DNA of 64,000 nucleotides from Candidatus Nanopelagicales bacterium (GTDB lineage: Bacteria; Actinomycetota; Actinomycetes; S36-B12): positions 117-64,116 of the forward strand of contig JBIHZX010000001.1 in assembly GCA_044240195.1 (NCBI GenBank). Reading direction: 5' to 3'. Each line of letters opens with the position of its first letter. The stretch's first letter is position 1. Both the position numbers and the translations under genes were made by a program. Below the pieces are notes generated by a model that searched no databases, was not told the DNA's origin, and worked only from the letters and a program-made list of their open reading frames with translations. This document shows positions 29,774 through 37,322 of the stretch, piece after piece.

Positions 29774-31228
29774 ATGAAGCGTGCTACATCGAAAGTTGAC
29801 TACTCGGCTACTGTCCAGACAATTTTAGAGCGAGTCTCCTACAACGATATCGAAGCGCCAATGGATCGTCGGCGAGATGTCGCCCGTCCACCAGGGCCTT
29901 CGAGTGTCGCATTCGTGAGTCACGCGACGTTCGGGAATCGCCTATTGCCATTTGCAACCGAGATATCTAAGAAGTACTCACAGATCGCACACTTCCGTCT
30001 AATGCGCGAACACGCATATTTTTTGACCGACCCAGCGTTCATCGTCGAAGTGTTCTCAAATAATGGGCGAAACACAATGAAAGGTCGCGCACTTCAAGGC
30101 GCGAAATCATTCCTCGGCAACGGGCTTTTAACGAGCAACGGTGATGCGCACATGCATAATCGCCGTCTTGCCCAGCCGGCATTCCATCGTGATCGAATTA
30201 CCGGTTACGCAAAAGATATGGTTTCAATTACGGCGCAACATGAAAAGCACTGGCGAGACGGTATGGAGTTGGACATGGCTGCTGACATGTCTGCGTTAAC
30301 GCTTGTCATTGTGGGTCAGACGCTTTTCAATTCGGACTTGCAGGGGGAGGCTCGTGAATTTGGATTGACACTCTCGGAAGTCATGCAGTCCATGAATGCA
30401 CGGCTCTTATTTAGCCCGAAAATCATGTCGATTGATATGAAAATACTGACTCCGAAACGCAAACGTCTGCTGGAAAGCCTTGCCCGCCTCGATGAAATTG
30501 TTCAAGGCATGATCGACGAGCATCGCGATTTGGGTGATGTTGGAGATGTTTTAAGCATGCTGGTTTCAACGACAGATGGTGAAGCTAGTCTGACCGATGC
30601 GCAAATCCGTGATGAAGCAGTGACATTCGTACTCGCTGGTCACGAAACTACGGCTACATCGTTGAGTTGGATGTGGGTGTTATTAGCGAACAACCCTGAA
30701 CAAGCAGCATGGCTTCATGAAGAACTTGATGCGGTACTTGGTGGACGTGAACCGAATCTTGATGATTTAAAGAACCTTCCACGCACACACGCAGTGTTAA
30801 ACGAGACGATTCGACTGTTTCCTGCTGGTTGGATTCAAGGTCGCAGGCTTCTCAGTGACGTTGAGGTGGGCGAGTGGACTCTGCCACGGGGAGCCATGGC
30901 GTTCGCCAGTCCGTGGATGATGCAACGAAGCGAACGTTGGTGGAATGACCCGGAAGAGTTTCTACCACAACGTTGGATTGACAGCGATGGTTCCTTCAGC
31001 GAGGACGCACCGAAACTGCCAAAGGGCGTGTGGTTTCCATTTGGTTGGGGAAATCGCAAATGCATCGGTGAGGCGTTTGCAAGAACGGAAGCGGCGTTGG
31101 TTATCGCCACGCTGGCCCAACACTGGACCCCGGAGATGATTGGTGAAACCCCGCAACCATTGCCCGGAGTTGTGCTGCGCACAGAAAACGGGATACGCAT
31201 GGTCCTGCGCAAGCGTCATGCGAGATAG
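29774..31228 (+). CDS. cytochrome P450
   Basis: I-helix AGHETT, ExxR (ETIRL), and the Cys-ligand loop FGWGNRKCIGEAFA. 484 aa. Confidence 0.92.
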   Translation: MKRATSKVDYSATVQTILERVSYNDIEAPMDRRRDVARPPGPSSVAFVSHATFGNRLLPFATEISKKYSQIAHFRLMREHAYFLTDPAFIVEVFSNNGRNTMKGRALQGAKSFLGNGLLTSNGDAHMHNRRLAQPAFHRDRITGYAKDMVSITAQHEKHWRDGMELDMAADMSALTLVIVGQTLFNSDLQGEAREFGLTLSEVMQSMNARLLFSPKIMSIDMKILTPKRKRLLESLARLDEIVQGMIDEHRDLGDVGDVLSMLVSTTDGEASLTDAQIRDEAVTFVLAGHETTATSLSWMWVLLANNPEQAAWLHEELDAVLGGREPNLDDLKNLPRTHAVLNETIRLFPAGWIQGRRLLSDVEVGEWTLPRGAMAFASPWMMQRSERWWNDPEEFLPQRWIDSDGSFSEDAPKLPKGVWFPFGWGNRKCIGEAFARTEAALVIATLAQHWTPEMIGETPQPLPGVVLRTENGIRMVLRKRHAR

Positions 31229-31557
31229 AGCCCCACTAAGTCACTTTGGGCTAAGGATTGGCGAAACGATCGAGCAGAAATACCCTGCCCAAGACCGTTG
31301 TGATTGAGTTTGTGAGACGAAAAACGACGGGTTGACGACGCATCAAGATGCGAACATAGCTGGTCACAGAGTGCGCGCCTATTGAGGTGGCTGACGCAAG
31401 GTACGCCATTCACCGGTATCCCTCGCCGGTGCACACTTATATATTTACTTGGGAGTTGGAACATCGCATTAGGACGACTCGCTTGGTGCTTTTTTGTACC
31501 CGGGCCGCCTGTGGGCATGTTGTCCACTATCTTTGGCTCGTGTCGTTCTCTCAGTTC

Positions 31558-32388
31558 ATGATCCAGGTTCCTGCCGGGGTTCGCCTGCTGCTCGCTTTGG
31601 TGATCTTCGTCGGAGTGTCATTGGCGTTTGTGTGGGTGTTCCATGAACGGATGCTCCGCATGGATGACAAAAATCTAGTGACCGATGGCAAGTCCGAGTC
31701 CGAAGAGGTCGTGAACCCCGCCGCCCCGCCGCCTATCAAAGTTCCTAACACGGTGTACCTGGCTCAGCGAGTTCTTGGGCTTACCGCGACGGGCTTCGTG
31801 TTCCTGCTCGCCTTCACGCTAGGCAACTTCTGGGGAAACCACACTGCCGCCAGCAGTGCCATCCTCGATGAAGGGACGATGTATGCCCGTGCAGTCACCA
31901 TTGCTCAACTGATTCCTGCCGAGCAAGGTGGCACTCAGATCCTCTCAGCCTTAGAAAAGTACCGCGAAGACATCAGTGAAAAGCAGTGGCCTCTCCTCCA
32001 GGATGGGAACTCTGCGGGCGCCTATGCCATTCAGGTGCAGGCAACCGGTGCGATTGGGAAGGCAAGCGTCGAGGCGGGCCGGGCGGGTGCCACCAAATTG
32101 CCCGAATGGAACCTACTCACTGAAGCGATCACCAGCATGACCGCGGATGCAACCCAGCGCATCGCGCAACTCCCGAGTCCCAATGTGCCAGTTATCTTGA
32201 TGATGATCGGGATCTTGGGAGTGACGAACCTTGTCCTGACCGCGGCCTTCCAGGCGGCGCGGCGCGGTCCTAATCTCTTGCTGATTGGGATCATGGCTGG
32301 AATTACCGGATTGTTGATGTTCTTGGTGGTGGAGGCCAGCAATCCGTTCAACGGCGGCGGCGCCGTGAATATCCCCATCCTCGGATAG
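31558..32388 (+). CDS. DUF4239-like (bestrophin-like) membrane protein, paralogue A
   Basis: Two N-terminal TM helices, a long helical soluble region, two C-terminal TM helices, ending ...VVEASNPFNGGGAVNIPILG. I chose ATG 31558; the track start 31387 adds a non-hydrophobic, implausible extension. Confidence 0.6.
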   Translation: MIQVPAGVRLLLALVIFVGVSLAFVWVFHERMLRMDDKNLVTDGKSESEEVVNPAAPPPIKVPNTVYLAQRVLGLTATGFVFLLAFTLGNFWGNHTAASSAILDEGTMYARAVTIAQLIPAEQGGTQILSALEKYREDISEKQWPLLQDGNSAGAYAIQVQATGAIGKASVEAGRAGATKLPEWNLLTEAITSMTADATQRIAQLPSPNVPVILMMIGILGVTNLVLTAAFQAARRGPNLLLIGIMAGITGLLMFLVVEASNPFNGGGAVNIPILG

Positions 32389-32422
32389 CACTCGGGTCGT
32401 ACCCCGGAGTGTCTTTTGTGTT
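32389..32422 (+). terminator. candidate intrinsic terminator after DUF4239-like gene A
   Basis: The hairpin CACTCGGG-tcgta-CCC(C)GGAGTG (8 bp with one bulge) starts right after the stop codon and is followed by TCTTTTGTGTT. Confidence 0.45.
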
Positions 32423-32495
32423 GGCGTGACCAGCGTGAATTAATCCATGAGCAGAAGATCCATCGCGTTGATTGCGCAATCGTTATGCTTGCAAA

Positions 32496-33383
32496 ATGGC
32501 CGAAAACAACCCAAGTCGTCATATCGCTACTCGTTTGAAGGGTCGGTTACGTCGGGTCCTCGGGGTTGAAGTGGAGGCGCGACATGATTTCGAGGCCGAT
32601 ACACGGCATGACTTCGCGGCCGATGCGCCATCACCGCAACAGACATTAGACATTTTTGCAAACCAGTGGATCTCGGCTTTCCCCAGTGATCTTGGTGTCA
32701 CCGCAGGGTGGGTAAATCATTTCGATCCCGAAGTTGATACCCGAGTCCCTTGGGCAAGCACCGCCATACCGGGTGGCTTCGCAGGGAAATCGATCTTGGA
32801 GTTGGGGCCATTCGAGGGGTATCACACCGCGTCTCTGGAGTGGGCGGGAGCAGCAAGTATTACTTCCGTTGAAGCGAGCCGAACCGCGTATCTGAAGTGT
32901 TTGGTGGTGAAAGAGTTTTTTGGCCTTAAGGCGAAAATGCTTTATGGTGACGTGAACGCTTATTTAGCCTCGACAAGCGATCGATTTGATATCGGGTGGG
33001 CGAGTGGCATCCTTTACCATCAGGTTGATCCGATCGGCTTCCTTGAGGCGATCGCCGCGCACGCAGACACTTTGTTCATTCACTCGCACTTCTTCGACTC
33101 AGAAGCAGTGTCCGGCATGGCTGCTAAAGACAGGTTCCGACCGCACTTGGACGAAATACGATCGTGGCACGGACGAGATATCTGTCTTCACCGTTACGAG
33201 TATGAGCAGGACACCAGCCAAGGAACCTTTGCGGGTGGCCCAAACTCCTACGCCAACTGGCTCGAACTTCCTGATATTGAATTTATTCTGCAGCAATTAG
33301 GATTCGATAATCTCACCTACGGAATCTTGGACCGAGTCAACCCCAATGGGCCCGGGTTCTTTTTGATCGCTTCCCGTTCTTGA
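32496..33383 (+). CDS. class I SAM-dependent methyltransferase, DUF1698/CmoB-like
   Basis: ILELGPFEGYHT (SAM motif I-like), ...DIGWASGILYHQVDPIGFLEAI... and the C-terminal ...YANWLELPDIEFILQQLGF... resemble CmoB-type methyltransferases. Start is ATG 32496 or TTG 32472. Confidence 0.6.
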   Translation: MAENNPSRHIATRLKGRLRRVLGVEVEARHDFEADTRHDFAADAPSPQQTLDIFANQWISAFPSDLGVTAGWVNHFDPEVDTRVPWASTAIPGGFAGKSILELGPFEGYHTASLEWAGAASITSVEASRTAYLKCLVVKEFFGLKAKMLYGDVNAYLASTSDRFDIGWASGILYHQVDPIGFLEAIAAHADTLFIHSHFFDSEAVSGMAAKDRFRPHLDEIRSWHGRDICLHRYEYEQDTSQGTFAGGPNSYANWLELPDIEFILQQLGFDNLTYGILDRVNPNGPGFFLIASRS

Positions 33384-33392
33384 TCGGCATGC

Positions 33393-34211
33393 TCACTTAG
33401 CGAGTGCGATTGTATTGATCCACGTCACCACGTCCACAAGTGGCTGCGTGCTCACCCCGAGGGGCCCAGTGAGCGGATGGTCGAGCAGGAAGACAATCGA
33501 TATGGACAGGCTCACCACGAATGACCATGCCACGAGGAGCACAGGACGGCGAGTGGTGGATAACGCCATCCCCATGACAGCTGCCAAGAGGAGACCGTTC
33601 ATCAGAACCAGGAACTTCAGCAGGGGTGGGAGTGCCCGACGTGAGATTGCGTGAAGTTCTCCTCTCGCACTGGCGATTTCCGACGAGGCCTGCTGCAGGG
33701 CCGAGGACTGAGCCGGATTTGTTTTGGGGTCCAAGATGATGCCGTGAAGAGATCTTTGAAGGTCGGCCATCTTCACAGTCGAGGGAACCTCCAAGATGCT
33801 AGTTGACGCAAGCGCTTGTCGATCTTCTGCGTCTTGAACCCTCAGCAGTTCCAACAAGCTTGCCAACACGGTGATGGATCTCGGGTCCGCTCCGGCCCGT
33901 GCCTGTTCTTCAGTTCGCATATCTAGGGCCCATACGAGCTGCTTGGCTGCCGTTGCCTCCGCCTCCACCTGCACTTGTCCGGCGCTGATGCCCCCCCACG
34001 CGATGGTGATGCAGAAGCCGATGAGGAAGGCAAGTGAGGCGGCGATGGGTCCGAGCGTCTTCTCCGCATGCTGGGAGAGTTCACCTCGTCGGTTCTCGAT
34101 CTTGATGCGATTATTGAGCAGTCGGGCCAGAAGGGCTGTTCCGGTAATGATGATGAAGAACACGCCGATCGTCACGCCAATGGATGCGCTCGGGTTGAGA
34201 TTGTAATTCAT
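33393..34211 (-). CDS. DUF4239-like (bestrophin-like) membrane protein, paralogue B
   Basis: Same TM/helical/TM layout as paralogue A; ends ...FLLDHPLTGPLGVSTQPL.... ATG 34211 is preceded by AAGGAGG at a 7-nt spacing. Confidence 0.65.
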   Translation of the reverse strand: MNYNLNPSASIGVTIGVFFIIITGTALLARLLNNRIKIENRRGELSQHAEKTLGPIAASLAFLIGFCITIAWGGISAGQVQVEAEATAAKQLVWALDMRTEEQARAGADPRSITVLASLLELLRVQDAEDRQALASTSILEVPSTVKMADLQRSLHGIILDPKTNPAQSSALQQASSEIASARGELHAISRRALPPLLKFLVLMNGLLLAAVMGMALSTTRRPVLLVAWSFVVSLSISIVFLLDHPLTGPLGVSTQPLVDVVTWINTIALAK

Positions 34212-34401
34212 GACGCTACCTCCTTCTCGGGCTGAGAGCCCCGAAGTCACCACAGACCGATGGGAATGAAAGTTTTACCACGCCAACGAAGGTACCAGCA
34301 TGTTCAATCGCAATCGCAGTAAATAGAGAAACGAACCTCCGAACAAGCAAGCGGATGCTGGTTTGGGCCGGCGCTCTCGACCTGCGTTCTCATGGCATCG
34401 A

Positions 34402-34429
34402 TGGTTAAGACTGGTTAAGACTGGTTAAG
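34402..34429. repeat. 10-bp tandem repeat TGGTTAAGAC x 2.8
   Basis: Direct reading: tggttaagac tggttaagac tggttaag. The last copy contains the TAA stop (34425-34427, minus strand) of the 287-aa ORF. Confidence 0.9.
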
Positions 34430-35288
34430 GAGGGGGCTTCTTTTTTGCGCTTAGTCGCTCACGGGCCCTGCCCACAGTGCCGAGCATTTTCACGTAGGGC
34501 GCCATGGGCATGGCGTCGTGTTGCTTGTGGTCGACCAGTTCCGGTGTCCCTGCCGCATCTCGCACGACTGCGCCTGTGCCAGTGCTCGAAGTATCCCGTT
34601 TCAGCGAAGGGGAGTACCTTTCTGCCTGCCACTGTTGGGGTAACCCTCCGGAAAGAAGATCCCCGGTACCCCTATGGGTCTGGGGAGCGGCGATGGACTC
34701 GGCTATCCACCTCGCATCCTTCGCGTCTCCGGCGTACTTGAAGGCCTGTGCCTCCGAATGCTGACTCCCGATGTCGTGTTGCTTGAATCCATTACCGGGG
34801 CCGGGGAGCTTCTCGTCGAAGTTTGAACCCGTCCATGCGAGAGCGTGACCTTGAATTGCCTCCTCGCGTTCCGTCGGCATGGGGCTTGTCCAATTGCCAT
34901 TGAACGCCCCCTTGCCTCTTCGAGCGTAGAACTTCTCACCAGGCTGGCGCTGTCGGCTAGTGAACGTTCCTTCGTTGGCGGTCTCGAGCTGGCTATTGAT
35001 TACCTTGTGATCGGTGACTCCAAGCTTCTTAATGGCCTCTACCTCCGGCTGTCTCCGCATGTACGCCTGCTGTTGGTCGCCTGTGAGGCCCGCCGCTTTC
35101 AGTTCATCTTCAAGTGCTGATGGAGTCGTGGCTGGGCGAGTGCTCGCGGTGCCACTGCCTGCCTGGGCACTACCCATCGCGGTCTGAGGCCTCGTAACCC
35201 TCGATGGATCGGTCGCCGGCGCAACGGTCGCCGGTGCTGATTTCCGCGACCGTGGCGGTTTGTATTTACTGGATTTTTTTCGACTCAC
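34425..35288 (-). CDS. hypothetical protein, orphan (basic low-complexity termini)
   Basis: 287-aa ORF. MSRKKSSKYKPPRSRKS... at the N-terminus and ...AKKKPPP at the C-terminus. No TM helix or signal peptide, and no family recognised. Confidence 0.55.
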   Translation of the reverse strand: MSRKKSSKYKPPRSRKSAPATVAPATDPSRVTRPQTAMGSAQAGSGTASTRPATTPSALEDELKAAGLTGDQQQAYMRRQPEVEAIKKLGVTDHKVINSQLETANEGTFTSRQRQPGEKFYARRGKGAFNGNWTSPMPTEREEAIQGHALAWTGSNFDEKLPGPGNGFKQHDIGSQHSEAQAFKYAGDAKDARWIAESIAAPQTHRGTGDLLSGGLPQQWQAERYSPSLKRDTSSTGTGAVVRDAAGTPELVDHKQHDAMPMAPYVKMLGTVGRARERLSAKKKPPP

Positions 35289-35482
35289 CCAGGAGACCTC
35301 CGTTCAGTTCACTTCACTGTATCGCTCGAGCTTCGCCGACGCAGGCAAATCTAAGGGTTACCGATCCGCAATGAGCATTGCGCGAGGACGTTGACCTTCG
35401 GGAATGCTCGAATTCACGTGCGCACGAAAAGGCGGATGAGATTAATATCTTTGCAGCGACACCCTTGCAAACGGTATGGGAG

Positions 35483-35509
35483 TTATCCACAATTCAAACC
35501 TGTGGATAA
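35483..35509. repeat. inverted pair of perfect TTATCCACA 9-mers (DnaA-box consensus), 9-nt spacer; potential hairpin
   Basis: TTATCCACA at 35483-35491 and TGTGGATAA at 35501-35509, 25-50 nt beyond the tRNA-Leu 3' end. Confidence 0.85.
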
Positions 35510-35533
35510 GTACCCCTCTTTTATAGAAGGCCG

Positions 35534-35617
35534 TGTCCGAGGGGGGACTTGAACCCCCATACCCTTTCGGGCACTAGCACCTCAAGCTAGCGCGTCTACC
35601 TATTCCGCCACCCGGAC
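35534..35617 (-). tRNA. tRNA-Leu (anticodon GAG), 84 nt, no encoded CCA
   Basis: Manual cloverleaf. Acceptor GTCCGGG/CTCGGAC (one G-T pair); D arm GCGG-AATAGGTAGA-CGC; anticodon stem CTAGC/GCTAG with loop TTGAGGT; long variable arm GCCC-GAAA-GGGT; T arm GGGGG-TTCAAGT-CCCCC; discriminator A. Confidence 0.93.
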
Positions 35618-35644
35618 TGGGTGCCGCTTGCGCGGCGAAGCGCA

Positions 35645-35673
35645 ACTATACCCTCGCCCATTTTGCCGGTGAA
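35645..35673 (-). promoter_or_regulatory. candidate promoter of tRNA-Leu
   Basis: On the minus strand: TTCACC (35673-35668), 17 nt, TATAGT (35650-35645). The -10 element ends 27 nt before the tRNA 5' end. Confidence 0.4.
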
Positions 35674-35737
35674 TCCGGAGTGAACCGCGCACAGCACTGC
35701 TCGGACGAGAGCACAAGTCGGGTGGCATGATCAACGC

Positions 35738-37087
35738 ATGAGTCAAGGGCCGGCAGAATTCGAATTGAGTGAGTCTTCACGAATAGCGATGGAAACCGAT
35801 GTTGTCACCCTTACTCAGGAATTGATCCGAATTGATTCAAGTAATTGGGGGGATTCACTTGAAACAAAGGGTGAAGTGGAAGTCGCCGAATACTGTGCCC
35901 ACAGATTGCGCGAAGTTGGGTATGACCCACAGGTCTATTCAACGACATCTGATTCACGTAGAGGGGTTCACTTGCGAATCCCTGGCACAGACCCGACTGC
36001 TGGTGCGCTCGTCGTCCACGGTCACCTGGACGTGGTGCCGGCAATGGCGGCAGATTGGACGCACCCTCCATTTAGCGGGGAAGTCCATGACGGTTTTATT
36101 TGGGGTCGCGGCGCGGTAGATATGAAAGATATGGACGCGATGATCCTTGCGGTATTGCGCCATTGGGCTCGAGAGGGGATCAGGCCTCGGCGTGATTTGA
36201 TCATTGCTTTTTTCCCCGATGAGGAAGCCGGCATGCACCACGGATCATCTTGGGTGGTTGCCAACCGACCAGAGTTCTTTGCGGGAGCCACAGAGGCTAT
36301 TGGCGAAGTCGGCGGTTTCTCTGTCTCAGTTAACGACAACTTACGTTTATATCCGATTCAAACAGCAGAAAAAGGAATTCGCTGGCTCAGGCTTCGCGCT
36401 GCTGCTCGAGCGGGTCATGGCTCGTTGATCCATACAGATAATGCCGTTACCGAGTTGGCGCGCGTTGTGACTCGAATCGGTGATCACAAGTGGCCGATTC
36501 GCCGCACAAGAACCGTTGACGCTTTTCTCTCACAGCTCAGTGATGCGTATGGTGTTGAGATCGATGGAAGCGATACTGAGGAGTTGGTGGCAAAGCTGGG
36601 TGCATTGGGATTACTCGTTGGTGCCACGCTGCAAAACACGGCAAATCCGACCATGTTGAACGCAGGATACAAAGTTAATGTGATTCCTTCTGAAGCCACC
36701 GCATATATAGACGGCCGGGTACTACCAGGGTTTGAAAGTGAATTTGAGCAAACTATCCGTGAACTCGTGGGCGAACACATCAATGTTGAATCTTTGAGTT
36801 CGGACATTGCAATTGAATCCGCGTTTGACACGGCAACTTTTGATTTGATGGCGAGTGTTTTGCGCCACGAAGATTCTGGGGCACGCGCAGTTCCCTACAT
36901 GATCTCGGGTGGAACGGATGCAAAGGCGCTGAGCAAAATAAATATCGACTGTTACGGATTCTCCCCGCTTCGGATGCCACCTGATGTTGACTATTGGCAA
37001 CTATTCCATGGTGTCGACGAACGAGTGCCCATTAATGGTCTGCATTTTGGCGTCCGCACCCTTGACCGTTTTTTGCGTTCTGTTTAA
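35738..37087 (+). CDS. M20/M25/M40-family metallopeptidase (dipeptidase / desuccinylase-like)
   Basis: VVHGHLDVVPA, GRGAVDMKD and FFPDEEAG metal-site motifs. 449 aa. Confidence 0.85.
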   Translation: MSQGPAEFELSESSRIAMETDVVTLTQELIRIDSSNWGDSLETKGEVEVAEYCAHRLREVGYDPQVYSTTSDSRRGVHLRIPGTDPTAGALVVHGHLDVVPAMAADWTHPPFSGEVHDGFIWGRGAVDMKDMDAMILAVLRHWAREGIRPRRDLIIAFFPDEEAGMHHGSSWVVANRPEFFAGATEAIGEVGGFSVSVNDNLRLYPIQTAEKGIRWLRLRAAARAGHGSLIHTDNAVTELARVVTRIGDHKWPIRRTRTVDAFLSQLSDAYGVEIDGSDTEELVAKLGALGLLVGATLQNTANPTMLNAGYKVNVIPSEATAYIDGRVLPGFESEFEQTIRELVGEHINVESLSSDIAIESAFDTATFDLMASVLRHEDSGARAVPYMISGGTDAKALSKINIDCYGFSPLRMPPDVDYWQLFHGVDERVPINGLHFGVRTLDRFLRSV

Positions 37088-37115
37088 GTAAAATTCTTTA
37101 CCGGCTGTTTCCCAG

Positions 37116-37322
37116 TTAAAGCGCGCTCACGACCCGGTACACCTTTCGGCGGAGCCGGACTTTTTTTCGTCCATCACGGAAGATTCTGGTTTGATCCAAT
37201 TCCCAGCGGCCCCGCTCAGCCTTATAGGTGAGCAGCTGGCGAGTTTCTTCGCGGTCACTGTCCCTAGAGAATAAAATCTCACGAAACTCCCAAATTGGTT
37301 CGGCACGGGTTTGTGGTTTCAT
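37116..37322 (-). CDS. DUF5703 family protein
   Basis: MKPQTRAEPIWEFREI...RGRWELDQTRIFRDGRKKVRLRRKVYR matches the small actinobacterial DUF5703 family as I recall it. ATGA overlap with the upstream aldo/keto reductase stop. Confidence 0.6.
   Translation of the reverse strand: MKPQTRAEPIWEFREILFSRDSDREETRQLLTYKAERGRWELDQTRIFRDGRKKVRLRRKVYRVVSAL

Larger units (their letters stand above)
31229..35533. other. GC-elevated accessory island adjoining the tRNA-Leu 3' end (no integrase seen)
   Basis: Hand counts give 58-62% G+C on lines 31801, 32521, 33001, 33901 and 34801, against 42-52% on core lines. It contains the three longest intergenic gaps of the window and genes of unknown function. Confidence 0.5.

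Noticed and set aside
31216-31527. 103-aa minus-strand ORF in the non-coding stretch at the left island edge
   Set aside because: It has no RBS, overlaps the P450 stop, and has Ser/Arg/His/Cys-rich composition unlike the real genes here. I treat the region as non-coding, possibly promoter or leader.
25547-34429. Tandem repeats (9-bp x3.4 at 25547, 10-bp x2.8 at 34402, 8-bp x2 at about 53430) as possible CRISPR arrays
   Set aside because: The units are contiguous with no spacers and are far shorter than CRISPR repeats. No cas genes are present.
31229-35533. Calling the island a mobile element, prophage or ICE
   Set aside because: I could find no integrase, transposase, relaxase, phage gene, terminal inverted repeats or duplicated tRNA 3' segment. 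Only composition, gene content and the tRNA location support a foreign origin.
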